Assembly (NCBI GenBank): GCA_964477525.1
Contig: CAYZHY010000014.1
Location: 9,501-41,500 of the forward strand
Origin: an uncultured Geitlerinema sp.
GTDB taxonomy: Bacteria > Cyanobacteriota > Cyanobacteriia > Cyanobacteriales > PCC-9228
DNA: 32,000 nucleotides
Direction of reading: 5' to 3'
Position numbers and translations under genes: made by a program. The notes beneath the pieces were generated by a model, which was not told the origin of the DNA, did not search any database, and was given only the letters and a program-made list of their open reading frames with translations. Positions 24,288 through 32,000 of this stretch are shown here, piece after piece (positions within the stretch are counted from its first letter, which is position 1; every line of letters starts with the position of its first letter).

Positions 24288-25271
24288 ATGGTTAAGTTCC
24301 AAATTCAGCCCGATAGCGAAATTTCAGCATCCAACCAACTGTTCAACCAAATTCGTTTTGCGATCGCTTCTCGGCAATTTCCCCCCAACCACCGCCTTCC
24401 CAGTACCAGGGCACTTGCCATGCAAACGGGATTGCACCGCAATACAGTAAATAAAGTATACCGTCAATTGGAAGAGTTGGGATTGGTGGAGTCCCAAGCC
24501 GGTTCGGGGATTTACGTGCGCGATTTGGGTCGCGAAGGCGGCACCAGACCCCATTCGCCGCTGCTGCAAAAATATCCCCAAGCTTACGATATCATTAAGG
24601 ATAGTTTGGACCAACTGTTGGAGCAGGGCTGTTCCCTGCAAGATGCCCGGGAGTTGTTTCTAGCGGAAATTGACTGGCGGTTGCGTTGCAGTGCCCGGGT
24701 TTTGGTGACTGCTCCTTCCCAGGATATCGGTGTCGGGCATTTAATGGGGCAAGAAGTTCAAAAAATGTTAGCCATTCCCGTACAAGTGGTACCGTTGGAA
24801 GAGTTGGAACCTGCTCTCAACCAAACTACTTCCAGTACGGTGGTCACCAGTCGCTATTTTGTTGCCGCTGCCGAAAAAATTGCTTCTCCCAAGTCAGTGC
24901 GGGTGATTCCTGTAGACCTTTACGATTATGCCAAAGAAACGGAGTTGGTACTATCCCTACCGGAAAATACCCGTTTGGGTTTGGTAAGTCTCAGTTCTGG
25001 TATTTTGCGGGCGGCGGAAGTAATTTTGCACAGCTTGCGTGGAGATAATTTGTTACCCATGTTTGCCCAAACCGAGGATTCTTACAAACTGAATGCGGTG
25101 GTACGTGGGGCAGATATCATTATATGCGATCGCGCTAGTTACGAGGAAGTCCAAACGGCCCTAGCTTCCAATCGCAGCGAAATGATTCGCATCCCCGAAA
25201 TTCTTTGTTGTGAAAATTATATTAGCAGCGATTCTATGAAAGAGTTGCGGCGGGAGTTAGGATTGGAATAA
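24288..25271 (+). CDS. GntR-family transcriptional regulator (possibly the cyanobacterial PlmA-like subfamily)
   Basis: Start trimmed to MVKFQIQPDS. Winged-helix block LPSTRALAMQTGLHRNTVNKVYRQLEELGLVESQAGSGIYV. 327 aa, with a C-terminal domain unlike FadR/HutC types by eye. Confidence 0.78.
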   Translation: MVKFQIQPDSEISASNQLFNQIRFAIASRQFPPNHRLPSTRALAMQTGLHRNTVNKVYRQLEELGLVESQAGSGIYVRDLGREGGTRPHSPLLQKYPQAYDIIKDSLDQLLEQGCSLQDARELFLAEIDWRLRCSARVLVTAPSQDIGVGHLMGQEVQKMLAIPVQVVPLEELEPALNQTTSSTVVTSRYFVAAAEKIASPKSVRVIPVDLYDYAKETELVLSLPENTRLGLVSLSSGILRAAEVILHSLRGDNLLPMFAQTEDSYKLNAVVRGADIIICDRASYEEVQTALASNRSEMIRIPEILCCENYISSDSMKELRRELGLE

Positions 25272-25319
25272 GCAAGCAGCAAAATCTGAAAATTCCAGAA
25301 ACGTAAACATCCCCTTCGC

Positions 25320-26150
25320 TTAGAGTTGAAAAATTGCTTGAATTTTTGTTGCTATCCAGAAAATTAAAGTATTGTTGTAATATGGGCGGCAGATTTCGCT
25401 GATTTCATCGAGAGACCCCTCAAAATCAAGAAAGCTAATTATATTACCGTAAACGGCATTCTCGTAAAAAATAGAATCGGGTTTTAAAGTGTCTTTTTGT
25501 AGGTCGAAAACTCGCTCTTGGGTGCGAGAAACCATATCAACTAAAATACTGGTTCCATAACCACAGCTTTTTAAAACATCAAGACATTGCATGGTGGCTT
25601 GCATGTATTTGGATGACCAACCGCGATCGCCTGTTTGTCGATTGCTACCGCCACCGTACTCAAACATGATAACCTTAGGTAAAAGCGATCGCGGTAAGTC
25701 CGGGAGTTGACCAATAATCGTAGATTCCCAGCCTTCAACATCCATTTTGATACAAGTTAGTTCTTGACATTGAAGTTGATTTAATAAAGTTGGCAAACTC
25801 AGCGTTTCCACAATTTTGGTACTAGGAGAAGAGCCAAACCAATCAGGGGCTAGGGAACTAAAGTTAGAATTGGCTTGCCCAGCAAACTTGCCCATATAAA
25901 GAGGCTGCCTTCCATCCGTATCTGAAAGGCATGCCTCAATTATCGATATATGGTGTTGCTGACACCGAGAACGAAGTTTCCGAACTGGCAATGGTTCCAC
26001 AACCCACGTTGGAAATCCCAATCGAGCAAACATTTCACAGTAAAATGCGAAAGTACCAACGCCAACATCAACACAGATGCCAGAGCGTTTGGGATCGAGC
26101 TTTGGTAAAAAATGATTTAGTAAAGTTTGACAACATGATTCCACGTGCAT
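25320..26150 (-). CDS. FkbM-family methyltransferase
   Basis: Start trimmed to MHVESCC (GGAGAA lies 7 nt upstream). Blocks VDVGVGTFAFY, VVEPLP, IKMDVEGWE. Locally AT-rich (19/60 G+C at 25441-25500). Confidence 0.75.
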   Translation of the reverse strand: MHVESCCQTLLNHFLPKLDPKRSGICVDVGVGTFAFYCEMFARLGFPTWVVEPLPVRKLRSRCQQHHISIIEACLSDTDGRQPLYMGKFAGQANSNFSSLAPDWFGSSPSTKIVETLSLPTLLNQLQCQELTCIKMDVEGWESTIIGQLPDLPRSLLPKVIMFEYGGGSNRQTGDRGWSSKYMQATMQCLDVLKSCGYGTSILVDMVSRTQERVFDLQKDTLKPDSIFYENAVYGNIISFLDFEGSLDEISEICRPYYNNTLIFWIATKIQAIFQL

Positions 26151-26579
26151 GATTTTTCTCCGAGAATGTATTGTTTCTATATGATATGATAAGACAACAA
26201 TATTAAAATATGTTTGATTCAGCAACTCGATTACTTTTGTTTTGAATGGCACGTATCGATTTGCTAGCTCGATGGTACAAATCGTTGCAGACTAGTGTTA
26301 TCCCAAATCCGCCATATCAAAACCATATTTGAAATCGTAGTATGTGGGCATTCCCCTACAAAAACCGTTTTTGCTTGATTTGGGGTGTATGTTTTAGGGT
26401 CCAATTGAAGCGGATTGGGTATGAAAGGTGTATGTAGGTTGGCAAAATATCGCCAAACTTGACTTCTCTACACGTTCAGTGCCTCTAATTTCCAATTCCA
26501 CAACTGTCACATCAAGTATCGCCAACCTAGCAACGGCTACCCACACTAGAGGTAAATAGACATTATTGGAGAAAAGTAA

Positions 26580-27353
26580 ATGTCAGTTCGTTTTTTTGGT
26601 AGCTTTAGTGCTGGATTGGTGGTTGTCTTGCTGGTTGCCTTTGCCGTTTTAAATTGGTTGGGCATTCCTATCGGAAATTTCTTAGATTGGGTGATTGGCG
26701 GTGCCAGTTTTTGGTGGCTGGTGGTCATCGTGACGGTTCCTTGGAATATCTATTTTCGTTCTAAAGAAGTAATGACAGATGCCCAAAAATCCCAACAAAA
26801 AGGGATTTCTGTGGAAGAAACCCAACTATCCTACGTGCAAATGCTTACAAAACGATCGCTGTGGGTCGCTTTGGGATTGCATTTGGTTTCTGCAATTGCC
26901 TTGTATTTGTTAGCAGCTTTTGGCGTGAGTGCTATTGGTTACATTGGTTCGGTAGCGGCTTTGTTACTGACTTTGTTGCGACCGGCTATTCGCACTTACG
27001 AGTATATTGCCACGCGCTTGTTTGCCATTCAACGGGAATTTACCCATCCCCGCCAGGATATCGTCGAACTACGCGATCGCGTCAACCAAATCAGCCAGCA
27101 GGTGGAAAGGTTGCAACAGCAACTTAACACCAACAACCCCAATTCCTGGGCAGCAACACAGCAACGACAGCTGCAAGCCACCCGCAATGACCTCACCAAT
27201 TTAGGTTCTGCCTTGGAAACATTACGCACGCACAATCAATCGGAACACGAACGCCTTTCTCAAGATGCCCAAAATGCGATCGCGCAGCTTTCAGAAGATT
27301 CCCGTTTTCTGGGCAACGTACGGGAAATTATTCGTTTTATCAAGGAAGGTTAA
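26580..27353 (+). CDS. hypothetical membrane protein with C-terminal coiled-coil
   Basis: 257 aa. Hydrophobic helices in the N-terminal ~140 aa, then a Q/L/R-rich heptad-like region (RVNQISQQVERLQQQLN...). GGAGAA precedes the ATG. Confidence 0.6.
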   Translation: MSVRFFGSFSAGLVVVLLVAFAVLNWLGIPIGNFLDWVIGGASFWWLVVIVTVPWNIYFRSKEVMTDAQKSQQKGISVEETQLSYVQMLTKRSLWVALGLHLVSAIALYLLAAFGVSAIGYIGSVAALLLTLLRPAIRTYEYIATRLFAIQREFTHPRQDIVELRDRVNQISQQVERLQQQLNTNNPNSWAATQQRQLQATRNDLTNLGSALETLRTHNQSEHERLSQDAQNAIAQLSEDSRFLGNVREIIRFIKEG

Positions 27354-27465
27354 ATAAGAAAATATGGCTGGTAGGCAAGGGGAAAATTCTTTCATGAATC
27401 GGTCGCTTTTTCCTTTCAATTGAACCTGCATCCGTTTTAAAAAAACCCTCAAAAATGAAATTTCT

Positions 27466-27496
27466 ATAGGGTGGTCATTTCCCACCCTATTCTTTT
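27466..27496 (+). terminator. rho-independent terminator (GGGTGG hairpin family)
   Basis: ATAGGGTGG-tcatttc-CCACCCTAT, a perfect 9-bp stem, followed by TCTTTT. Confidence 0.6.
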
Positions 27497-27617
27497 AAAT
27501 GTAGTTTGATTGGATAGCATCGGTATTTTTGATTTTAAGTTTTATGAAGATGTCCAACATTCCCCATCGAGTAGTGAAATCATAAAAAAGCAGTGGATTG
27601 ATTCGAGGGGGAAAGCG

Positions 27618-28535
27618 ATGAATTCTGTAGCTAGCAAGTCACCGGGATTGACATCTCACCTCATTAACGGCATTTTTTCAGTGAAACCACTGGCGAATTT
27701 TGCTAAAAAACGAGCCCGTCAGATGATAATTCAGCGGGCCGAAAACATGGGTATTCCCTGGCGAGAGGAAGCTGCCAAATTGCGATCGCAACCGTTAGAT
27801 ACTCTATTCGATCGAGTTTGCGATCGCAACCTTGTTTACCCCGATTATTACCTGCAATCCTTCCATGCCTACGAAAACGGTAATCTAGGGTGGGAAAGTG
27901 CCACTGAAGTAGAAGTTGCCGCTAAATCCGTTCATGCCAAAATTTGGCAAGATGGGGATATCGAAGGCGATGCCAAACTACGACAAAGCTACCACGACGT
28001 TTTGACAGACCAACTCCCCACAATTCCCCGCGATATTGTCGATTTTGGCTGTGGTGCGGGCATGAGTACCTTTGCCCTGCAAGGAATCTATCCAGATGCC
28101 AACCTAACGGGAGTGGACCTGTCTCCGTATTTCCTCGCGATCGCGTATCACCGTTCCCAAGAGTATAACAAAAAGATCGATTGGGTTCACGCCCCCGCCG
28201 AATCCACTGGCTTGCCAGAATCGTCGTTTGATTTGGTATCTTTGTGCCTGGTTTGCCACGAACTGCCACAAACAGCAACCCGCGAAATTTTCCGAGAGGC
28301 GCGACGCTTGCTGCGTCCAAACGGACATATTGCGATTATGGATATGAATCCCCAATCGGAAGTCTACGCTCGCATGCCCATGTATGTTTTTACCTTACTT
28401 AAAGTTACCGAACCGTATTTAGACCAATATTTTAGCTTAGATATCGTCTCCGAATTAACGGCGGCAGGATTTGAATCGCCCACAATAACGCGCAACAGTC
28501 CGCGCCATCGAACGATCCTTGCTAAGGTGAGTTAA
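27618..28535 (+). CDS. class I SAM-dependent methyltransferase
   Basis: Start trimmed to MNSVASK (GAGGGGG SD upstream). Motif I IVDFGCGAGMST, post-I GVDLS, and LLRPNGHIAIMD. Confidence 0.78.
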   Translation: MNSVASKSPGLTSHLINGIFSVKPLANFAKKRARQMIIQRAENMGIPWREEAAKLRSQPLDTLFDRVCDRNLVYPDYYLQSFHAYENGNLGWESATEVEVAAKSVHAKIWQDGDIEGDAKLRQSYHDVLTDQLPTIPRDIVDFGCGAGMSTFALQGIYPDANLTGVDLSPYFLAIAYHRSQEYNKKIDWVHAPAESTGLPESSFDLVSLCLVCHELPQTATREIFREARRLLRPNGHIAIMDMNPQSEVYARMPMYVFTLLKVTEPYLDQYFSLDIVSELTAAGFESPTITRNSPRHRTILAKVS

Positions 28536-28632
28536 AAATCGTCACCATGACAAGTCGGAACTTTACTTATCTATCTATAGAATTGCAGGTAGTACGTGCC
28601 AAATCCTAAGAGGAAGTTCCACTGGCGACTTT

Positions 28633-29298
28633 TTAGCTCAGCAAATTCCGAATCTGGGTAGCCTGTTTTTCCATATCCTCGCGGGTAACCGGATGGGGAA
28701 TATCGCGTCCTCGTTTAACCGCCGGTCTCTCACCCACCTGGCGCAGCCAACGCTGTAGATTCTCCAGACCATCTATACTGACCCCACTCCATTCGTGTTC
28801 GTGTACCCAGCTCCAGTTGGCAATGTCGGCGATGGAATATTCCCCAGCCAGGTACTCGACCTCTCCCAAGCGCTGGTCCAAAACTTCCAGGAGTCGCCGG
28901 CTTTCCTGCTGGTAGCGTTGGATAGCGTAGTCTATGCGTTCCGATGCGTAGCGGTAGAAGACATTAGCCTGCCCCATCATAGGACCTACGCCCCCCATCT
29001 GGAACATGAGCCATTGGATAGCAGTGTAGCGGGATTTTTCCTCTTTGGGGAGTAGGTTTCCACTCTTTTCTGCCAGGTAGAGCATGATAGCCCCAGACTC
29101 GAAGAGCGTGAAGTCGCCGTTGTCGCGGTCTACGATAGCAGGAATTTTGCCGTTAGGATTCATTTTCAGGAACCAGTCCTGCTTTTGTTCCCCTTCCAAG
29201 AGCTTGACCGGCTTGACCTCGTAGTCCCAACCCATCTCCTCTAGGGTGATAGAAACTTTCCAACCGTTGGGGGTGGCAGCAGTGTAGAGTTCGAGCAT
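28633..29298 (-). CDS. glutathione S-transferase, Nu-class (YfcG/YghU-like)
   Basis: 221 aa. [46 protein letters not shown]. Confidence 0.82.
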   Translation of the reverse strand: MLELYTAATPNGWKVSITLEEMGWDYEVKPVKLLEGEQKQDWFLKMNPNGKIPAIVDRDNGDFTLFESGAIMLYLAEKSGNLLPKEEKSRYTAIQWLMFQMGGVGPMMGQANVFYRYASERIDYAIQRYQQESRRLLEVLDQRLGEVEYLAGEYSIADIANWSWVHEHEWSGVSIDGLENLQRWLRQVGERPAVKRGRDIPHPVTREDMEKQATQIRNLLS

Positions 29299-29499
29299 GA
29301 AAATCTTCCTCCATTTTGGGTTTCTAGGTAATTGGAGTCTTCACTTGCTGGAAACTTTTTTGTCGTAGCTTCAAATCTAGTGGCAGTGCTAGTGTACAGT
29401 CCCTAAGATATGCTAGATGGTAGTTGGCGCGATCGCGTTTTATCTCGATATTCTACATCAGCGATCGCTTTAAGAAAAAGCTACATTAAAGCGTATCTA

Positions 29500-29943
29500 C
29501 TACGAACGACGGTTTTTAATTTCGATATTCCATTCATTCCTCCTCAGAATATGATAGAGAGTTTTATAAGGAATTTGAATTTGGTAATTATTTTCCAGCC
29601 AATCTTGAACTTCTTTATAGCTCGAAAATTCTTTCAAGTCTTCAAGTTCTTGTCGAATTTGCTCCATGGTCTCCTCGCTAAGTTTCGGCGGCCTCCCAGA
29701 AGGCTTTTTTTCCTCTAACAATGCTTCCAGTCCACCTTCTCTATACAAACGCAGCCAGCGATGAACGGTGGCTTCATTCCGTCCCACAATAGTCGCTAGG
29801 GATCGTACAGTATCTACCATTTGAATTTGAAGAAGGTACAAAGCTTGTACTTTGGCAAAGTTGAGTCCTGTTTTTTGCTGCTTCATCAGTTTCTGAAGCG
29901 TCTCTGCCGACTCAGCAATTTCAATTTTCGGGATTCCTGACAC
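29500..29943 (-). pseudogene. IS630-family transposase, N-terminal HTH portion only (remnant)
   Basis: GTG start at 29943, preceded by AAGGAGG. Blocks VQALYLLQ.., ATVHRWLRLYREGGLEALLEEKKPSGRPPKL, FSSYKEVQDWL, YKTLYHILRR. No DDE-domain ORF lies downstream in any frame. Confidence 0.65.
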
Positions 29944-30103
29944 GATCGCCTCCTTTCCCAAAATTTTCTTATGCTTCCTATAATAAGTATTGCACAATTT
30001 TTGAAAATTGTATCAAAGTATCCCCATCGATTCTATCGCAACGACCCATCCTCATACCATTTCTAGAAAATAAAAATTGTCTTGAATTTTTCCAATTACC
30101 CCG

Positions 30104-30132
30104 GTAGGGGTACAACGCGTGAGTGTCCCTAT
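30104..30132. repeat. hairpin repeat, GTAGGGG..CCCTA family
   Basis: gtaggggtacaacgcgtgagtgtccctat. Shares GTAGGGGTAC..ACGCG with 7271 and 10975. Confidence 0.45.
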
Positions 30133-30333
30133 GAAAATGCTCCGAATGGCGATCGCTGGCATCAGGTGGAAAAGCGATCGCTACCTCCAATTAGAGAAAG
30201 TAGAAACGTTATTGTGATATATAAAAAAATACTTTTATAAGTATTGGTGTCGTTGTTTTTTTAGCCTTGTCCTTAAATATTTCAATAAATAGCCAATTGT
30301 GAGCGATCGTACCCCTACGAAACGCTCCCACAC

Positions 30334-31443
30334 TCAAATCGTACCACGCTTCTTCTGTTCGCGCTCTATAGCTTCAAATAAGGCTCGAAAATTTCCTTCT
30401 CCAAAACCTCTAGCTTGCGATCGCCTTTCAATAACCTCAAAAAAGAATGTTGGTTCTTCAAAAATGGGTTTGGTAAAAGTTTGCAACAGTAAAGGAACTT
30501 TTTGGCAATTTTGATTTGCTGTTTCTATTTCATTTTGCTTCCAATCTACCAAAATTTCTTGTTCTTGAATCTGGACAAGTTCCTGCGGGGAAATCAAACC
30601 ATCGCAACTAGCTTTTAATTGGTCGTAATAACTCTCTGGAACTGACAAAAATGGAATGCCATTGCTTCGCATTTGGGCAACGGATGCCAAAATATTTTTG
30701 CTTTTCAAAGCAATATGTTGGATACCAGCATCGCGATTGTAGTTTAAAAACTCTTGGATTTGAGAATTCGCTGAGGTGGGTTCGTTAACCGGCAGTTGTA
30801 CTTTTCCTTGAGGATGGGTTAAAACCTGACTGGACAATCCCGATTTTTGCGTTTGAATGTTAAAGTTCTGTTGGGGTTGAAATCCGAAGATTTCACAATA
30901 CCAATCCACCGCTGGTTGCAACTCACCCACAGGAACATTTAATACCGCATGGTCGATGGCTACAATCGAAGTTTCTTGGAAATTGCGATCGCTAATAGCT
31001 TCACTATCTATAAGTGGTTGCAGGCTATCTCCATCTTCCATCCATTGTACAGCTTTTGGTGGCTGGTCCGTTTTTTCTATTAATGTATGGGTTAAACGAC
31101 CCCAACCAGCAAGTTTTGCCCATTTCCAACCTCCGTATTGTTGACGAGGTTGCAGTAATTTCGCTCCCGCTACCACTGCCTTTTCCAACAAGGCATCCAA
31201 ATCTCGTACCTGAAACGCCACATCAGCCACCCCTGGCGGAAATTGTTGTAAAGAACGAAATACCGAGCTTGCCTCCGTTTTGGGCATGGAAAGGGCAACG
31301 AACACCGAACCGCTGTATAGAACTTCTGTATGCGTATGTTGGTTAGCGACACTATCCAGCCAACGCCATGCCATCCGGCGTTGGAACCATTGCCGCCAGA
31401 AAACCGCATCTTTGACGTAAAAGTGTACGTAGCCAATATCCAT
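30334..31443 (-). CDS. hppD: 4-hydroxyphenylpyruvate dioxygenase
   Basis: 369 aa. Two VOC-fold halves and the C-terminal signature FFEVIERR...GFGEGNFRALFEAIEREQKKRG. Confidence 0.88.
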   Translation of the reverse strand: MDIGYVHFYVKDAVFWRQWFQRRMAWRWLDSVANQHTHTEVLYSGSVFVALSMPKTEASSVFRSLQQFPPGVADVAFQVRDLDALLEKAVVAGAKLLQPRQQYGGWKWAKLAGWGRLTHTLIEKTDQPPKAVQWMEDGDSLQPLIDSEAISDRNFQETSIVAIDHAVLNVPVGELQPAVDWYCEIFGFQPQQNFNIQTQKSGLSSQVLTHPQGKVQLPVNEPTSANSQIQEFLNYNRDAGIQHIALKSKNILASVAQMRSNGIPFLSVPESYYDQLKASCDGLISPQELVQIQEQEILVDWKQNEIETANQNCQKVPLLLQTFTKPIFEEPTFFFEVIERRSQARGFGEGNFRALFEAIEREQKKRGTI

Positions 31444-31512
31444 AAAACTCGATGGTTGCGATCGTTAGAGTACGCTAGCATCTTAAACAGTCAATTGTAT
31501 GCTGGCAATGGA

Positions 31513-32000
31513 TTAGAAGAATAAATGACTGTCTGGCTGAATGTTTATTTCCATGGGAACGGCTTGTGGTTCCGCAGACAAAGCATACATAATAGCATTT
31601 GCCGCTGTTTCCGTACTTAACATTTGGGAACGGTCTACCTTCAAACCGACATTATCCCAGAAAGGAGAGTCAATCCCACCAAAATAAAACAGCGTAAATT
31701 TAATGCCAAAGCGATGCAACTCTTCCGCCATACATTTGCTAAAACCTACAGCACCAAATTTGGAAGCACAGTAGGCACTACCCATCGCCATAGAATGTTT
31801 GCCCAAAATGCCCGTTATATTGCAAATATGTCCGGATTTGCGCCCTCTCATTACTTTAGCAGCCGCTTGGCTCGTATAGAAACTCCCTTTGAGGTTGACA
31901 TCCAACATAGCATCCAAATCCTCAGGGGTCAGTTTCATCCACTGTTTCAAGATGCCAGCCCCCGCAGCGTTGACCAAAATGTCAATTTGCCCAAACTGTT
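31513..32000 (-). CDS. short-chain dehydrogenase/reductase (SDR), 5'-truncated by the window edge
   Basis: NAAG motif and YCASK (YxxxK). The frame stays open to nt 32000 (..QFGQIDILVNAAG), so the ATG at 31977 is not the start. Confidence 0.8.
   Translation of the reverse strand, partial: QFGQIDILVNAAGAGILKQWMKLTPEDLDAMLDVNLKGSFYTSQAAAKVMRGRKSGHICNITGILGKHSMAMGSAYCASKFGAVGFSKCMAEELHRFGIKFTLFYFGGIDSPFWDNVGLKVDRSQMLSTETAANAIMYALSAEPQAVPMEINIQPDSHLFF

Noticed and set aside
28536-28632. Possible bidirectional terminator between the convergent methyltransferase and GST genes
   Set aside because: AGTCGGAACTT...AAGTTCC-cactgg-CGACT pairs only across a loop of about 48 nt with an internal bulge. This is too weak to call, although it is followed by TTTTT.
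27618-31443. Idea that hppD plus the SAM methyltransferase form a tocopherol/plastoquinone cluster
   Set aside because: The two genes are on opposite strands and separated by a GST and an IS remnant. By eye the methyltransferase does not resemble the MPBQ or gamma-tocopherol methyltransferases I can recall.
1-32000. Abundant GCGATCGC palindromes as a possible special element or CRISPR-like array
   Set aside because: This is the genome-wide cyanobacterial HIP1 octamer. The copies are dispersed inside genes and spacers without regular spacing. It is useful only as a taxonomic and compositional marker (depleted in the 17634-19896 insert).

Overview
Cyanobacterial chromosomal segment, identified by frequent HIP1 octamers (GCGATCGC), ndhB and IsiA/CP43'-family genes. 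All calls come from reading the sequence and ORF translations by eye; no searches were run. Layout: (1) 1-6.9 kb is a housekeeping block on the + strand: tRNA-Arg(UCU), ndhB, pyrR overlapping a type-2 IPP isomerase, and sppA. (2) 6.9-12.5 kb is a minus-strand light-harvesting/iron-stress island. It holds three tandem CP43'/IsiA-family genes, the middle one fused to a PsaL-like domain, followed by a small Cys-rich membrane protein. A Crp/Fnr-family regulator sits upstream of them. A 9-nt tandem repeat, an HLR1-like site and a near-consensus Fur box lie in the flanking intergenic DNA. (3) 12.5-15.2 kb is a single 882-aa ORF fusing a cNMP-binding domain, a degenerate sigma54-type AAA+ module and a membrane polyferredoxin domain. 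This is the most unusual protein architecture in the window. (4) cysK and kptA follow. (5) 17.1-20.4 kb is an AT-rich two-gene R-M-like cassette (m5C methyltransferase plus putative nuclease). It is inserted at the 3' end of an ictB-family gene and bracketed by a perfect 508-bp direct repeat of that gene end. (6) 21.4-24.0 kb is an 885-aa protein with an internally duplicated four-domain module and a C39-like cysteine peptidase domain. (7) The remainder holds a GntR-family regulator, an FkbM-type methyltransferase, a coiled-coil membrane protein, a SAM methyltransferase, a Nu-class GST, an IS630 transposase remnant, hppD and a partial SDR. No rRNA genes or CRISPR arrays were seen.
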